A DNA stretch of 42,956 bases from a virus (Duplodnaviria; Heunggongvirae; Uroviricota; Caudoviricetes). The notes beneath the pieces were generated by a model that made no database searches, had not been told where the DNA came from, and saw nothing but the letters and a program-made list of their open reading frames with translations. The position numbers and the translations under genes were made by a program. Each line of letters starts with the position of its first letter. Position 1 is the stretch's first letter. The stretch lies in the IMG/VR virus record IMGVR_UViG_2721755643_000001, one strand, 5' to 3'. Shown one piece after another: positions 11,021-19,698 of this stretch.

Positions 11021-11293
11021 ATGCAAAAAAGTACTCAAATAAAAATCCTGTCGATAATGAGCCAATCAGAATTAGGGCGTCGTCTTGGTAAAACTCCACA
11101 AACCATAAGTGGGTGGTTTAAAAAACGAGTTCCTGCGGAGGAGGTTATTCCTGCATGTGAGGCGCTTGACTGGGGAGTGACTCCGCATGAATTGCGCCCT
11201 GATAAATACCCTAACCCGACCGACGGTTTACCTGTTGGATGTAAGGTTAACAGATCAAATGAACCGGAGTTGATTCATGAAAATCAGGCATGA
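11021..11293 (+). CDS. Cro-like HTH regulator (YdaS-like position)
   Basis: HTH QSELGRRLGKTPQTISGW; GGAGGG Shine-Dalgarno before the ATG at 11021; first rightward gene. Confidence 0.75.
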   Translation: MQKSTQIKILSIMSQSELGRRLGKTPQTISGWFKKRVPAEEVIPACEALDWGVTPHELRPDKYPNPTDGLPVGCKVNRSNEPELIHENQA

Positions 11294-11702
11294 ACACATC
11301 CGCATGGCGATGAATACCTGGGCGCATCCGGACGGTGAGAAAGTACCGGCTGCAGAGATTACCAAAGCGTATTTTGAACTGGGAATGACGTTTCCGGAGC
11401 TGTACGACGATTCACATCCGGAAGCCCTGGCTCGCAATACTCAGAAAATTTTCCGCTGGGTGGAGAAAGACACCCCTGATGCAGTTGAAAAAATTCAGGC
11501 GTTGTTACCAGCGATCGAAAAGGCAATGCCACCTTTGCTGGTGGCCAGAATGCGCAGCCACAGTTCAGCTTATTTTCGGGAGCTGGTGGAGACGCGGGAA
11601 CGACTGGTGAGAGATGCTGATGATTTTGTCGCAGTGGCGATCGCCGGTTTCAACCAGATGAATCGTGGTGGCCCGGCGGGAAATGCCGTGGCTGTACATT
11701 GA
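11277..11702 (+). CDS. cII-like / YdaT-family regulatory protein (tentative)
   Basis: 141-aa ORF overlapping the Cro-like stop; position equals cII in lambda or ydaT in Rac; family is inference. Confidence 0.55.
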   Translation: MKIRHEHIRMAMNTWAHPDGEKVPAAEITKAYFELGMTFPELYDDSHPEALARNTQKIFRWVEKDTPDAVEKIQALLPAIEKAMPPLLVARMRSHSSAYFRELVETRERLVRDADDFVAVAIAGFNQMNRGGPAGNAVAVH

Positions 11703-11718
11703 GGAAGCATTAATGAAA

Positions 11719-12144
11719 TCATCGACGCTTGAGAAAAACCAGAAGGTTTTCAGCCCCTTTAATAAAAATCTCGGGGGAGTGAAATTCGTAAAGACCATCA
11801 ACAGAATAACTACCGCAATTTTCGCATGCCTTCTCATATGCCATGAAGGCATGGCTGAGTCTTCGCGCTTTCCTGGCGCTAAGCATTCTTTCGAGTTCAG
11901 CGATATCACGCGGGCTAATTTGCACTATGTTGAGAAGCCCTTTTCTGGCAAGGTTAATTTTTTGCATCAATTCGGCCGCGATAGGATCTGCGATTGCGTT
12001 GAATTCCTTGCGTCTGTCCCTGTTTACTGCCAGCCAATGACCGAAACAGATACCCAACCCAAAGGTAATCACGGTCCATATGAACGAAATGAGAGCTGGA
12101 TTCGTATTGAACAAGGTAACAAATTCACTCCAGATAGTATCCAT
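11719..12144 (-). CDS. Hypothetical membrane-anchored protein on the opposite strand
   Basis: 141 aa with one hydrophobic helix (LISFIWTVITFGLGICFGHWLAV) then a charged soluble domain; antisense to a long compositionally odd plus-frame ORF; weak Shine-Dalgarno. Confidence 0.55.
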   Translation of the reverse strand: MDTIWSEFVTLFNTNPALISFIWTVITFGLGICFGHWLAVNRDRRKEFNAIADPIAAELMQKINLARKGLLNIVQISPRDIAELERMLSARKARRLSHAFMAYEKACENCGSYSVDGLYEFHSPEIFIKGAENLLVFLKRR

Positions 12145-12446
12145 GGTTCTCGCCGATTACTCCTGGTTCTGCTGGCTGGCGCTGTGATTGTATTTCCGTC
12201 AGGGGTTTACTTTGGTCTAAAGGCAGTATGCAGACGTGATTATGCCCGAAGACGTTATACAGGGAAAGCACCGGTTCTTGGTGTTCTTTCAGTCCTGGTA
12301 ATCCCGAAGAAAGTGAAATGTCGCAGATGGCAGATCTGGGAGCAGCGTCAATGGTTCCGTGATATGAACCTTAGTCACGGTATTGATATTGCGTACCAGG
12401 ATACCCGGAACTGGAAAAAACTGGTAGCGGAGCGCTGGTATTAATT

Positions 12447-13487
12447 ATGGCTACTTCATGGCTCAGATTATGGCATGACATGCCAAATGATCCCAAGTGG
12501 CGAACAATTTCCAGGGTGTCAGGGCAGCCAATCGCAACGGTGATGGCGGTTTATGTTCACCTTCTGGTGAGTGCGTCACGAAATGTCACGACATGTCACG
12601 ACGTGTCACGACGTGGTCACATTGATGTCACGACAGAAGATTTGGCAAGTGCGCTCGACGTGACAGAAGAGTCAATTGATTCAATTTTGCGGGCAATGCA
12701 GGGGCGGGTACTTGATGGAGATTTAATCACCGGATGGGAAAAACGCCAGGTAGCGAAAGAGGATAACGGTAATGTTTCGCAAACCGCGAAATCCCCGGCA
12801 GAGCGGAAGAGAGCGCAGCGTGAGAGGGAAAAATCACGAAAAAAGGATGAGGGATGTCACGATGAGTCACGCATATGTCACGACATGTCACGACGAGTCA
12901 CGACAGATAAAGATACAGATAAAGAATTAAACCCCACACATAACGCGCGCGTGCGCGAGAGTGCTCCGACCAGCGAGTCGAACGGTACGCCGTTGCAGGT
13001 GGCGGAACCTGAATTTCCGGACGGCCTGAGTGAACCCATCGGGAAATTTCCGATGACCGATGGCTGGCATCCGTCGCCGGATTTTCGACGGCGGGCTGCA
13101 TTGTGGGGAGTGGCTCTGCCGGAGCCGGAATTTACACCTGCTGAACTTGCCGCATTCCGGGATTACTGGATGGCGGAGGGCAAAGTGTTCACGCAGGTTC
13201 AGTGGGAGCAGAAATTCGCCCGTCACGTAAATCACGTCAGGGCACAGGTCAAACCAGTCAGCAAGGGGGGCAGCCATGCAGCAGCACCAGGTGGCACCGC
13301 ATCACGGGCAGTTCAGGAAATTCGGGCAGCACGTGAGCAGTGGGAACGTGAAAACGGATTTATCAGCGACGGAAACGGCCTGGAAGCTGTGGGAACTCAT
13401 GGGGGAGGTTTATTCGAACCGCTGGACCCGGAAGAACGGAGCCGCACCTTCGAAGCTCTGGATTGCACAGATTGGCGCGATGACTGA
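12447..13487 (+). CDS. Replication initiator (O-like) with in-gene iteron origin
   Basis: 346 aa; contains two clusters of TGTCACGAC iterons translated as CHD/SRR repeats; sits before a P-like gene. Confidence 0.8.
   Translation: MATSWLRLWHDMPNDPKWRTISRVSGQPIATVMAVYVHLLVSASRNVTTCHDVSRRGHIDVTTEDLASALDVTEESIDSILRAMQGRVLDGDLITGWEKRQVAKEDNGNVSQTAKSPAERKRAQREREKSRKKDEGCHDESRICHDMSRRVTTDKDTDKELNPTHNARVRESAPTSESNGTPLQVAEPEFPDGLSEPIGKFPMTDGWHPSPDFRRRAALWGVALPEPEFTPAELAAFRDYWMAEGKVFTQVQWEQKFARHVNHVRAQVKPVSKGGSHAAAPGGTASRAVQEIRAAREQWERENGFISDGNGLEAVGTHGGGLFEPLDPEERSRTFEALDCTDWRDD
12574..12634. repeat. Iteron cluster 1 of the replication origin
   Basis: TGTCACGAC at 12584, 12594, 12604 and 12626 with degenerate copies at 12574 and 12614; roughly 10-bp phasing. 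Confidence 0.8.
12855..12904. repeat. Iteron cluster 2 of the replication origin
   Basis: TGTCACGAT/AGTCACGCA/TGTCACGAC/TGTCACGAC/AGTCACGAC at about 10-bp spacing, followed by AT-rich AGATAAAGATACAGATAAAGAATTAAA. Confidence 0.8.
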
Positions 13488-13941
13488 GCAGCAAATCCGG
13501 CAGGTCTGCCGCCAGTGCATGGAGCGTTGTCGGGCGGGTGAAACATGGCCTCCGGACCTGGCTGAGTTTGTGGCGCTGATTTCGGAAAGCGGAGCCAATC
13601 CATTCGGTCTGACGGTGGATGCCGTGATGGAAGAGTACCGTCGCTGGCGCAATGAGTCCTGGCGATACGACGGGAGCGATAAATACCCGTGGCCCCAGCC
13701 CGTGCTGTATCACATCTGCCTCGAGATGCGTTCAAAAGGGATTGAGCGGCAGATGACCGAAGGGGAGTTAAAACGACTTGCAGAACGGCAACTGACGAAA
13801 TGGGCAAAGCATGTTGGTAATGGCTTCAGTGTTCCGCCCATCCGGCGACAACTGGCAGGACCAAAACGTCCTGCGGGACCAACGCCAATTGAGTTGCTGA
13901 AACAGGAGTATGAACGCCGGAAAGCGGCTGGTTTTGTTTGA
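13276..13941 (+). CDS. Replication protein P-like (helicase loader)
   Basis: C-terminal two thirds align by eye with lambda P ([10 protein letters not shown]..., [11 protein letters not shown]..., [13 protein letters not shown]); ATG at 13276 has an AAGGGGGG Shine-Dalgarno but overlaps the O-like gene by about 210 nt; later starts (13399, 13480) possible. Confidence 0.65.
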   Translation: MQQHQVAPHHGQFRKFGQHVSSGNVKTDLSATETAWKLWELMGEVYSNRWTRKNGAAPSKLWIAQIGAMTEQQIRQVCRQCMERCRAGETWPPDLAEFVALISESGANPFGLTVDAVMEEYRRWRNESWRYDGSDKYPWPQPVLYHICLEMRSKGIERQMTEGELKRLAERQLTKWAKHVGNGFSVPPIRRQLAGPKRPAGPTPIELLKQEYERRKAAGFV

Positions 13942-13975
13942 GTTGAGAAGTGATTTTTACCGGGAGAAAAATTTT

Positions 13976-14488
13976 ATGGAGACCGTTTTTGACGCACTGA
14001 AAGCAATGGGAAAAGCCTCTTCACAGGAAGTTGCAGCACGCCTGGGCATGACCCGGGATGAAGCAATCAACGAGCTGTGGAAACTGAAGCGTCGGGGTGA
14101 GGCAGACAACAAAGGCCCGATGTGGTGGCTGACATCCGGCGATGAGGAAAAACAGGCCGGGTATCGTGAAACCCCCGTTGTGGATTTAATCCCACAGAGA
14201 GGGACTGAGAGTGAAAAAACAGCCAGACAGGAAGCGTCCGGAACAGAAAACACGGGTCAGCATGCAGATGTGACAGAAGTTGTTCAGCCAATCCCTGCGT
14301 TTACTGAAAAACAGCAGGATTATGTGATTCTGCCATCACTGCATGCGGCAAACCGTGAGCTGCGCCGGGCAAAAGGTCAGGTCCAGAAGTGGGAGCGTAT
14401 CTGCGCCGCGCTACGGGAGCTGAATAAACACCGGGACGTTGTCCGGCAGATTGTCGACTCTTCCCGCCGTGTTGCATCGGAAAAGTGA
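13976..14488 (+). CDS. Hypothetical protein
   Basis: Start at internal ATG of track ORF 13910..14488 with a GGGAGA Shine-Dalgarno; 170 aa. Confidence 0.55.
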   Translation: METVFDALKAMGKASSQEVAARLGMTRDEAINELWKLKRRGEADNKGPMWWLTSGDEEKQAGYRETPVVDLIPQRGTESEKTARQEASGTENTGQHADVTEVVQPIPAFTEKQQDYVILPSLHAANRELRRAKGQVQKWERICAALRELNKHRDVVRQIVDSSRRVASEK

Positions 14489-14503
14489 TTGCCGGAGGCG
14501 CTT

Positions 14504-14929
14504 ATGGCAAAAGTATTTACACAGGAAGAGCGGGAAAAATTAAAGGGGCGGGTTGTTGAACTTGTACGTCTTAGCGGTCGCGAGACGTTACGGCAACTGG
14601 AAGCGAAAACAGGTGCGACAAGATATCTGTTGAGCGTTCTCGCCAGAGAGCTGGTTGCCAGTGGTGATGTATACAACTCTGACTACGGGTTATTTCCCTC
14701 TGAACAGGCTCGTAAGGACTGGCAAAACGCCCGCAAAAAACTATCAAGGGCAAAACTGAAGAAAAAAACATCTGTGGTTGATCCGGACCTTATCTGGTCG
14801 TTACCAGACGGCGAAATACGTCGCTACGACAGTCGCCTAAACATAATCTGTCGCGAGTGCCGGAAGAGCGAAGTTATGCAGCGCATATTGTCGTTTTATC
14901 AGGGTAATTTTCAGGAGGTGATGGCGTGA
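14504..14929 (+). CDS. Hypothetical protein
   Basis: ATG preceded by GGAGG; 141 aa; basic C-terminal half. Confidence 0.55.
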   Translation: MAKVFTQEEREKLKGRVVELVRLSGRETLRQLEAKTGATRYLLSVLARELVASGDVYNSDYGLFPSEQARKDWQNARKKLSRAKLKKKTSVVDPDLIWSLPDGEIRRYDSRLNIICRECRKSEVMQRILSFYQGNFQEVMA

Positions 14930-15231
14930 GGGTGAGAGTCTATATCGCCGGTCCAATGACCGGGTATAAAAATTTCAACCGTGAGGCGTTTCACAATGCG
15001 GAAGAGGAACTGAAACGGGAAGGGCATACCGTCTTAAACCCGGCAGTACTTCCGGACGGGCTGACACAGCCGCAGTACATGGATATCTGCATGGCGATGA
15101 TTCGTTGTGTGGATGCGATTTACATGCTGAAAGGCTGGCAGCGGTCAGCAGGCGCTAAGGCAGAACTGGCGCTGGCGGAGAAACTGGGGCATGCGGTGAT
15201 TTTTCAGGAGACAGCCAGTGTGCAAGACTAA
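14926..15231 (+). CDS. Nucleoside 2-deoxyribosyltransferase-like protein (DUF4406-like, tentative)
   Basis: GTG start after AGGAGG; N-terminal VYIAGPMTG motif characteristic of that fold; 101 aa. Confidence 0.55.
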   Translation: MRVRVYIAGPMTGYKNFNREAFHNAEEELKREGHTVLNPAVLPDGLTQPQYMDICMAMIRCVDAIYMLKGWQRSAGAKAELALAEKLGHAVIFQETASVQD

Positions 15232-15673
15232 TTACCAGGCATTACGTGAACGTTATTCACCAATTCAGGTGCCGGAATGTCCTGTTTGTGGCGATGAAAT
15301 GTCGATACAGCGCATATTTTCCAGAACGCATATTGTGTATGCCTGCACAGGTGAGGGGGATGATGGATATTTTAAAACTGGTCGAACTTTTGCGGATGAG
15401 CATTACCTGAAATCGCGCGTAACCGTCGTTGATGTTAGCGATCCTGACGTACTGGCTTTACTGAAAGAGCTGGAAGTTAAAGACAAACGCATTGCAGAAT
15501 TGACAGATGCGCTTACACAAATGATTAATGCGCACAAAACCACAATTCGTTTTGGTCATGAACGCATAACTGAATGTGGTGGTGATTGCGACTCGCCGGA
15601 AAAGATGATTTCAGAAAATCCGGATATCAGAATGGCAGAGGCTGTTTTGAGAGCAGGGATAAAAACTGAATAA
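15218..15673 (+). CDS. Hypothetical Cys-rich protein
   Basis: 151-aa ORF with CPVCGDE...CTGEGDD and CGGDCD motifs; GTG start in the track; start uncertain. Confidence 0.5.
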   Translation: MCKTNYQALRERYSPIQVPECPVCGDEMSIQRIFSRTHIVYACTGEGDDGYFKTGRTFADEHYLKSRVTVVDVSDPDVLALLKELEVKDKRIAELTDALTQMINAHKTTIRFGHERITECGGDCDSPEKMISENPDIRMAEAVLRAGIKTE

Positions 15674-15768
15674 TTAAATTTAGCACAGCAAATAAAATTT
15701 AATCCTTAACCGGAGGGATTTCTGCACCCTCAGAACATCAGGAGGCCGCCTGAAAGGGCGGTAGTGAA

Positions 15769-15951
15769 ATGCGAAAGTTCAAAATAATTATTGAAACGGG
15801 AATAGCTGGTGGAGATTTTGAGGATGTATTCGAAGTGGACGATGACGCAACACCTGATGAAATTCATGATGAAGCAAAAGAAATTTTCTTTAACTACTGC
15901 AATTATTCATATCACGAAATAAAAGACGAAGAGGAAGAACAAAATGGCTGA
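15769..15951 (+). CDS. Hypothetical small acidic protein
   Basis: 60-aa ORF with a very acidic C-terminus (KDEEEEQNG). Confidence 0.45.
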   Translation: MRKFKIIIETGIAGGDFEDVFEVDDDATPDEIHDEAKEIFFNYCNYSYHEIKDEEEEQNG

Positions 15952-16120
15952 TTTTGGTTCAACTAAATACAACGTCAGTTTTAAAGAATGGCATGAACTG
16001 TTAATGGCCTATGCAGAGTTACGCGGTGGAAGTGCTGCTGATGCCGATGCATGGCGTGATGCTTATGAAGCAGGAAAAACACCGGTCGAAGCATATTGTG
16101 ATGAGTGGGGCGATGAATGA
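15944..16120 (+). CDS. Hypothetical small protein (58 aa)
   Basis: Not in the track; ATG preceded by GAGGAAG; overlaps both neighbours by ATGA/stop coupling. Confidence 0.45.
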   Translation: MADFGSTKYNVSFKEWHELLMAYAELRGGSAADADAWRDAYEAGKTPVEAYCDEWGDE

Positions 16121-16632
16121 GCGAGATTAATTATCAGGAAGGGCATGAAACGGTAGGGCAGGCAAAACCAGTTGCATGGCGATATCGCTATGTGAAAAAA
16201 AGCGTTACGGACTTTCAGGAGAAGATGTGGGTTGGTGACTGGAAATATGTACCGACAAAAGAGGATTGCAACGACAGGCCGAGCTATGAGATTCAGGCCT
16301 TATTCACTGCCCCGCCAGTCCCGGTGACATCAGAAGGACTGGTTAAAGCCGTGCGCTTTTATGAACAGGTAAAGCGTGAAAATCCGCCAGCTGAAACAGG
16401 AGCATGGAAAGATGCTGTTGATTGGGTACTCAAAGAGGCCTGCTGTGCTGCCATTCTGGGTAAAGCTGACAATCCACTAGCATCCAGTAATCAGGTTAGC
16501 GAATTAACAATGTGGGTTAAACGACTGGTCAGTCAACTGAAAAAAGCTCAGCCGGACTGCAAATTACCGGAGAAGGCGATGGATTACCTGAAACGAAATG
16601 GACTGATAAGCGTGGAGGATGTTTTACGATGA
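16117..16632 (+). CDS. Hypothetical protein
   Basis: 171-aa ORF; ATG overlaps the preceding stop. Confidence 0.6.
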   Translation: MSEINYQEGHETVGQAKPVAWRYRYVKKSVTDFQEKMWVGDWKYVPTKEDCNDRPSYEIQALFTAPPVPVTSEGLVKAVRFYEQVKRENPPAETGAWKDAVDWVLKEACCAAILGKADNPLASSNQVSELTMWVKRLVSQLKKAQPDCKLPEKAMDYLKRNGLISVEDVLR

Positions 16633-16917
16633 CCTGGTCTGAAGCATTCACAACGGTAGGAATCGCACTGGCGGTGGTGGTGTATTCGATTTGCCGCTGG
16701 GGATAAAAACGGTTTGCGGGAAAAGGAGAGTTAAGTAGAATTGCAGCGGGTGCTTGAGGCTATCTGTCTCAGGCATGAACACCAAAAGGCAGATAGAGAA
16801 AAGCCCCAGTTAACATTACGCGTCCGGCAAGACGCTTAACATTAATCTGAGGCTCAATCTATGAACGGCAAATCTAGGTTAGCCTCTTACGTGCCGAAAG
16901 GCAAGGAGAAGCAGGCT

Positions 16918-17073
16918 ATGAAGCAGCAAAAGGCGATGTTAGTCGCCCTGATCGTCATCTGTATTACCGTCATTGTGACGGCACTGGTAACGAGGAAAGA
17001 CCTCTGCGAGGTACGAATCCGAACCGGCCAGACGGAGGTCGCTGTCTTCACAGCTTACGAACCTGAGGAGTAA
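16918..17073 (+). CDS. Hok/Gef-family type I toxin
   Basis: 51 aa; MKQQKAMLVALIVICITVIVTALVTRKDLCEVRIRTGQTEVAVFTAYE parallels Hok (TM helix, conserved RK.LCE.R and EVA.F.AYE); AAGGAGA Shine-Dalgarno. Confidence 0.75.
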   Translation: MKQQKAMLVALIVICITVIVTALVTRKDLCEVRIRTGQTEVAVFTAYEPEE

Positions 17074-17080
17074 GAGACCA

Positions 17081-17102
17081 GGCGAGGGAGAAATCCCTCG
17101 CC
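17081..17102 (+). other. Perfect 9-bp stem with GAAA tetraloop in the hok 3' UTR
   Basis: GGCGAGGGA-GAAA-TCCCTCGCC, 8 nt after the hok stop; resembles the fold-back elements of hok mRNAs. Confidence 0.6.
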
Positions 17103-17141
17103 ACCTCTGATGAGTCAGGCATCCTCAACGCACCCGCACTT

Positions 17142-17168
17142 AACCCGCTTCGGCGGGTTTTGTTTTTT
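17142..17168 (+). terminator. Rho-independent terminator
   Basis: AACCCGC-TTCG-GCGGGTT followed by TTTGTTTTTT. Confidence 0.75.
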
Positions 17169-17247
17169 CATGGCATTCTGGTTTACAATTCGCACGCCAG
17201 CCTGAACAACTGGCACCTGCTGCACTGCGCCATCGAGAGATTGAGAA

Positions 17248-17847
17248 ATGGCGCATATACAACTGGTCAAACAAACCTCTTCCGGATTACTTCTCCCGGC
17301 GACGCCGGAGAGTTGCGATTTTCTGCATCAAATCAAAACAGGTGAGTGGATACACGCAGACTTTAAGCGTGTGCGTAACTACGCATTCCACAAGCGTTTT
17401 TTCAGACTCCTGCAACTGGGATTCGATTACTGGACTCCGATCGGTGGGGCGATCACGCCCCGAGAACGAGAACTGGTATCAGGCTTCGTTGAGTACCTGT
17501 GCGAATCAGTAGGTCGGGAACATACGCCAGCTCTGAGCGAAGCCGCAGAGCAATATCTGAATACAGTTGCAACACGCAGAACCCGGGATACGGCATTGCT
17601 AAAGTCGTTTGAGGCTTTCCGCGAGTGGGTAACCATTCAGGCCGGATTTTACACCGAGCATATTTATCCAGACGGTAGCCGCGGGCGTCGGGCGAAGTCC
17701 ATTGCTTTTGCGAATATGGACGAAACCGAGTTTCAGCAGGTTTATAAATCTGTACTGAATGTGCTGTGGAACTGGATCCTATTCCGTAAATTCTCTTCTC
17801 CGGAGGAAGTCGAAAATGTGGCTGCGCAGCTGCTGGAGTTTGCGTGA
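17248..17847 (+). CDS. Nin-region protein, YbcN-like (DUF1367, tentative)
   Basis: 199-aa ORF placed before a YbcO-like gene and Q, as in DLP12; family from memory. Confidence 0.55.
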   Translation: MAHIQLVKQTSSGLLLPATPESCDFLHQIKTGEWIHADFKRVRNYAFHKRFFRLLQLGFDYWTPIGGAITPRERELVSGFVEYLCESVGREHTPALSEAAEQYLNTVATRRTRDTALLKSFEAFREWVTIQAGFYTEHIYPDGSRGRRAKSIAFANMDETEFQQVYKSVLNVLWNWILFRKFSSPEEVENVAAQLLEFA

Positions 17848-18137
17848 TGGCGGATTTACGTAAAGCGGCGCGAGGCCAGATGTGTACAGTCAGAATCCCT
17901 GGCTACTGCAATCACAATCCTGAAACGTCTGTACTGGCGCATTATCGGCTGGCGGGAACGTGCGGAACAGCGATAAAACCACACGATATGCAGGCGGCTA
18001 TTGCCTGTAGCTCGTGCCACGATTTAATCGACGGGCGGGTAAAAACCAGCGATTACACCAAAGAAGAATTACGCCTGATGCATGCAGAAGGTGTTTTTCG
18101 CACACAAGAAATCTGGAGAAAGGAAGGTTATTTATGA
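17844..18137 (+). CDS. YbcO-like putative zinc-binding nuclease (DUF1364, tentative)
   Basis: 97 aa with Cys/His cluster (CTVRIPGYCNH...CSSCHDLIDG); ATGA overlap with the upstream gene. Confidence 0.55.
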   Translation: MMADLRKAARGQMCTVRIPGYCNHNPETSVLAHYRLAGTCGTAIKPHDMQAAIACSSCHDLIDGRVKTSDYTKEELRLMHAEGVFRTQEIWRKEGYL

Positions 18138-18676
18138 TTTACCCAACAAATACAGGCAAAAGCGGGGAACACCTTCGTCTCACCACGCTGGAAAGTGTCT
18201 GGATTCAGGGAAAACTGCGCATGTGGGGGCGCTGGTCGTATATTGGTGGCGGTAAGACGGGAAATATATTCAATCAGTTGCTGGCATCCCAAAAAATGAC
18301 AAAAACAGCCGTCAATGAAGCCCTGCGCAGGATGAAAAAAGCGGGAATAGAGAAACCTGAGCTGGAAGCGTTTTTGCGAGAGATGATCAATGGCAAGCAA
18401 AAGACCTGGCTGGCGCATTGTACTGATGCAGAGGCGTTATGTATTGATAGAGTCATAAGTGAGGTGCTGGCAGAGCATCCTGGATTGATTAGTGTCCTCC
18501 GGCAACGGTATAAAGGGCGGGGGATGAGTAAGCTGAAAATGGCACAACAGTTAAATAAGTATCGCCCTGGCTGGAGCTTGAAAACTTGCAGAAATCGCAT
18601 TGACGCATGGTTGGGTGTTGCTGAACACATTCTGTATATACCAATGAAATTAGCGTTATGCGGAGAAAGCCAATAA
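18134..18676 (+). CDS. Late-gene antiterminator Q-like protein
   Basis: 180 aa; LRMWGRW motif resembles the ERWGAWA motif of Q proteins; immediately upstream of a terminator, tRNAs and lysis genes. Confidence 0.65.
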   Translation: MIYPTNTGKSGEHLRLTTLESVWIQGKLRMWGRWSYIGGGKTGNIFNQLLASQKMTKTAVNEALRRMKKAGIEKPELEAFLREMINGKQKTWLAHCTDAEALCIDRVISEVLAEHPGLISVLRQRYKGRGMSKLKMAQQLNKYRPGWSLKTCRNRIDAWLGVAEHILYIPMKLALCGESQ

Positions 18677-18771
18677 AAAAGTTATTGCATTTTTGCCAAT
18701 AAACTGCTTCAATTCAGGTACGCTTCGCAAAGCTGTATCGCGAGGCGAACCAAGCGCATGAACTTTACCAG

Positions 18772-18795
18772 AACCCGCCATTGAGCGGGTTTTTT
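18772..18795 (+). terminator. tR'-like terminator downstream of the late promoter
   Basis: AACCCGC-CATTGA-GCGGGTT followed by TTTTTT, about 100 bp after the Q stop. Confidence 0.6.
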
Positions 18796-18883
18796 ATACC
18801 TGAAAAACGGCACAGGACGTTAAACGTGCTGGTGGTCAGATGAGTTTGCAGATGTGATGACATATGGTTATTATTCTGCCTCC

Positions 18884-18960
18884 GGCCCTTTAGCTCAGTT
18901 GGTCAGAGCGAGCGACTCATAATCGCCAGGTCGCTGGTTCAAGTCCAGCAAGGGCCACCA
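18884..18960 (+). tRNA. tRNA with CAT anticodon (Ile2-like, ileX/ileZ type)
   Basis: Cloverleaf with 7-bp acceptor GGCCCTT/AAGGGCC, anticodon loop CTCATAA, T-arm GCTGG-TTCAAGT-CCAGC, encoded CCA; close to my recollection of E. coli ileX. Confidence 0.8.
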
Positions 18961-18961
18961 A

Positions 18962-19038
18962 CCACCACTAGCTCATCCGGATAGAGCATCAACCTTCTAA
19001 GTTGACGGTGCGAGGTTCGAGTCCTCGGTGGTGGGCCA
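18962..19038 (+). tRNA. tRNA-Arg (anticodon TCT)
   Basis: Acceptor CCACCAC/GTGGTGG, D-arm GCTC...GAGC, anticodon stem TCAAC/GTTGA with loop CTTCTAA, T-arm CGAGG-TTCGAGT-CCTCG, encoded CCA. Confidence 0.85.
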
Positions 19039-19040
19039 GC

Positions 19041-19116
<76 letters not shown>

Positions 19117-19119
19117 TAT

Positions 19120-19191
<72 letters not shown>

Positions 19192-19399
19192 AAGTTAAAG
19201 TCTTTCAGTCTGCGATGATGGGAAAGCCCGGAGTGACTGAAAGACGTTTGCGTTTTGAATGCTCGTCTTTTTTGCAAAATTGCTGTGCAGAAATACCAAC
19301 CTTCGGGCAGGCGATCATTCATAAGCACTCTGCTTTTATTCCGATTAACTGTGGGTGGTTTGTTGGATAGAGTGCTTTCCTTACTGTAGATTCCGTTGC

Positions 19400-19422
19400 G
19401 CCCGCTTTTGCGGGCTTTTTTT
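19400..19422 (+). terminator. Rho-independent terminator just upstream of the holin gene
   Basis: GCCCGC-TTTT-GCGGGC followed by a T7 run. Confidence 0.75.
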
Positions 19423-19482
19423 CAAATCCTTTTCGTCTCTCAGTGTAAAGCTACGCCATCCGTTATTTGCGGAGGTGAGGTT

Positions 19483-19698
19483 ATGAAATCTATGGACAAA
19501 ATGTCAACGGGCATTGCCTACGGCACCTCCGCCGGCAGTGCCGGCTACTGGCTTTTACAGTGGCTTGATCAGGTCAGTCCGTCACAGTGGGCTGCGATTG
19601 GTGTGCTGGGAAGTCTGCTTCTGGGGCTTCTGACTTATCTGACGAATCTGTATTTCAAAATAAGAGAAGACAAGCGTAAGGCTGCGAGAGGTGAATAA
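19483..19698 (+). CDS. S: Class II holin (phage 21 S-type pinholin) with dual-start motif
   Basis: 71 aa, [71 protein letters not shown] matches S21; GGAGGTGAGG Shine-Dalgarno. Confidence 0.9.
   Translation: MKSMDKMSTGIAYGTSAGSAGYWLLQWLDQVSPSQWAAIGVLGSLLLGLLTYLTNLYFKIREDKRKAARGE

Noticed and set aside
11665-12444. 259-codon plus-strand ORF from the track
   Set aside because: Composition (Arg/Trp/Cys-rich, no recognisable domain) looks like antisense of the minus-strand 141-aa gene plus intergenic read-through; overlaps the cII-like gene and has no good start signal.
12574-12904. Tandem short repeats that could be taken for a CRISPR-like array
   Set aside because: Repeat unit is only 9 bp at about 10-bp spacing with no spacers, lies in frame inside a replication-initiator gene, and is followed by AT-rich DNA: these are origin iterons.
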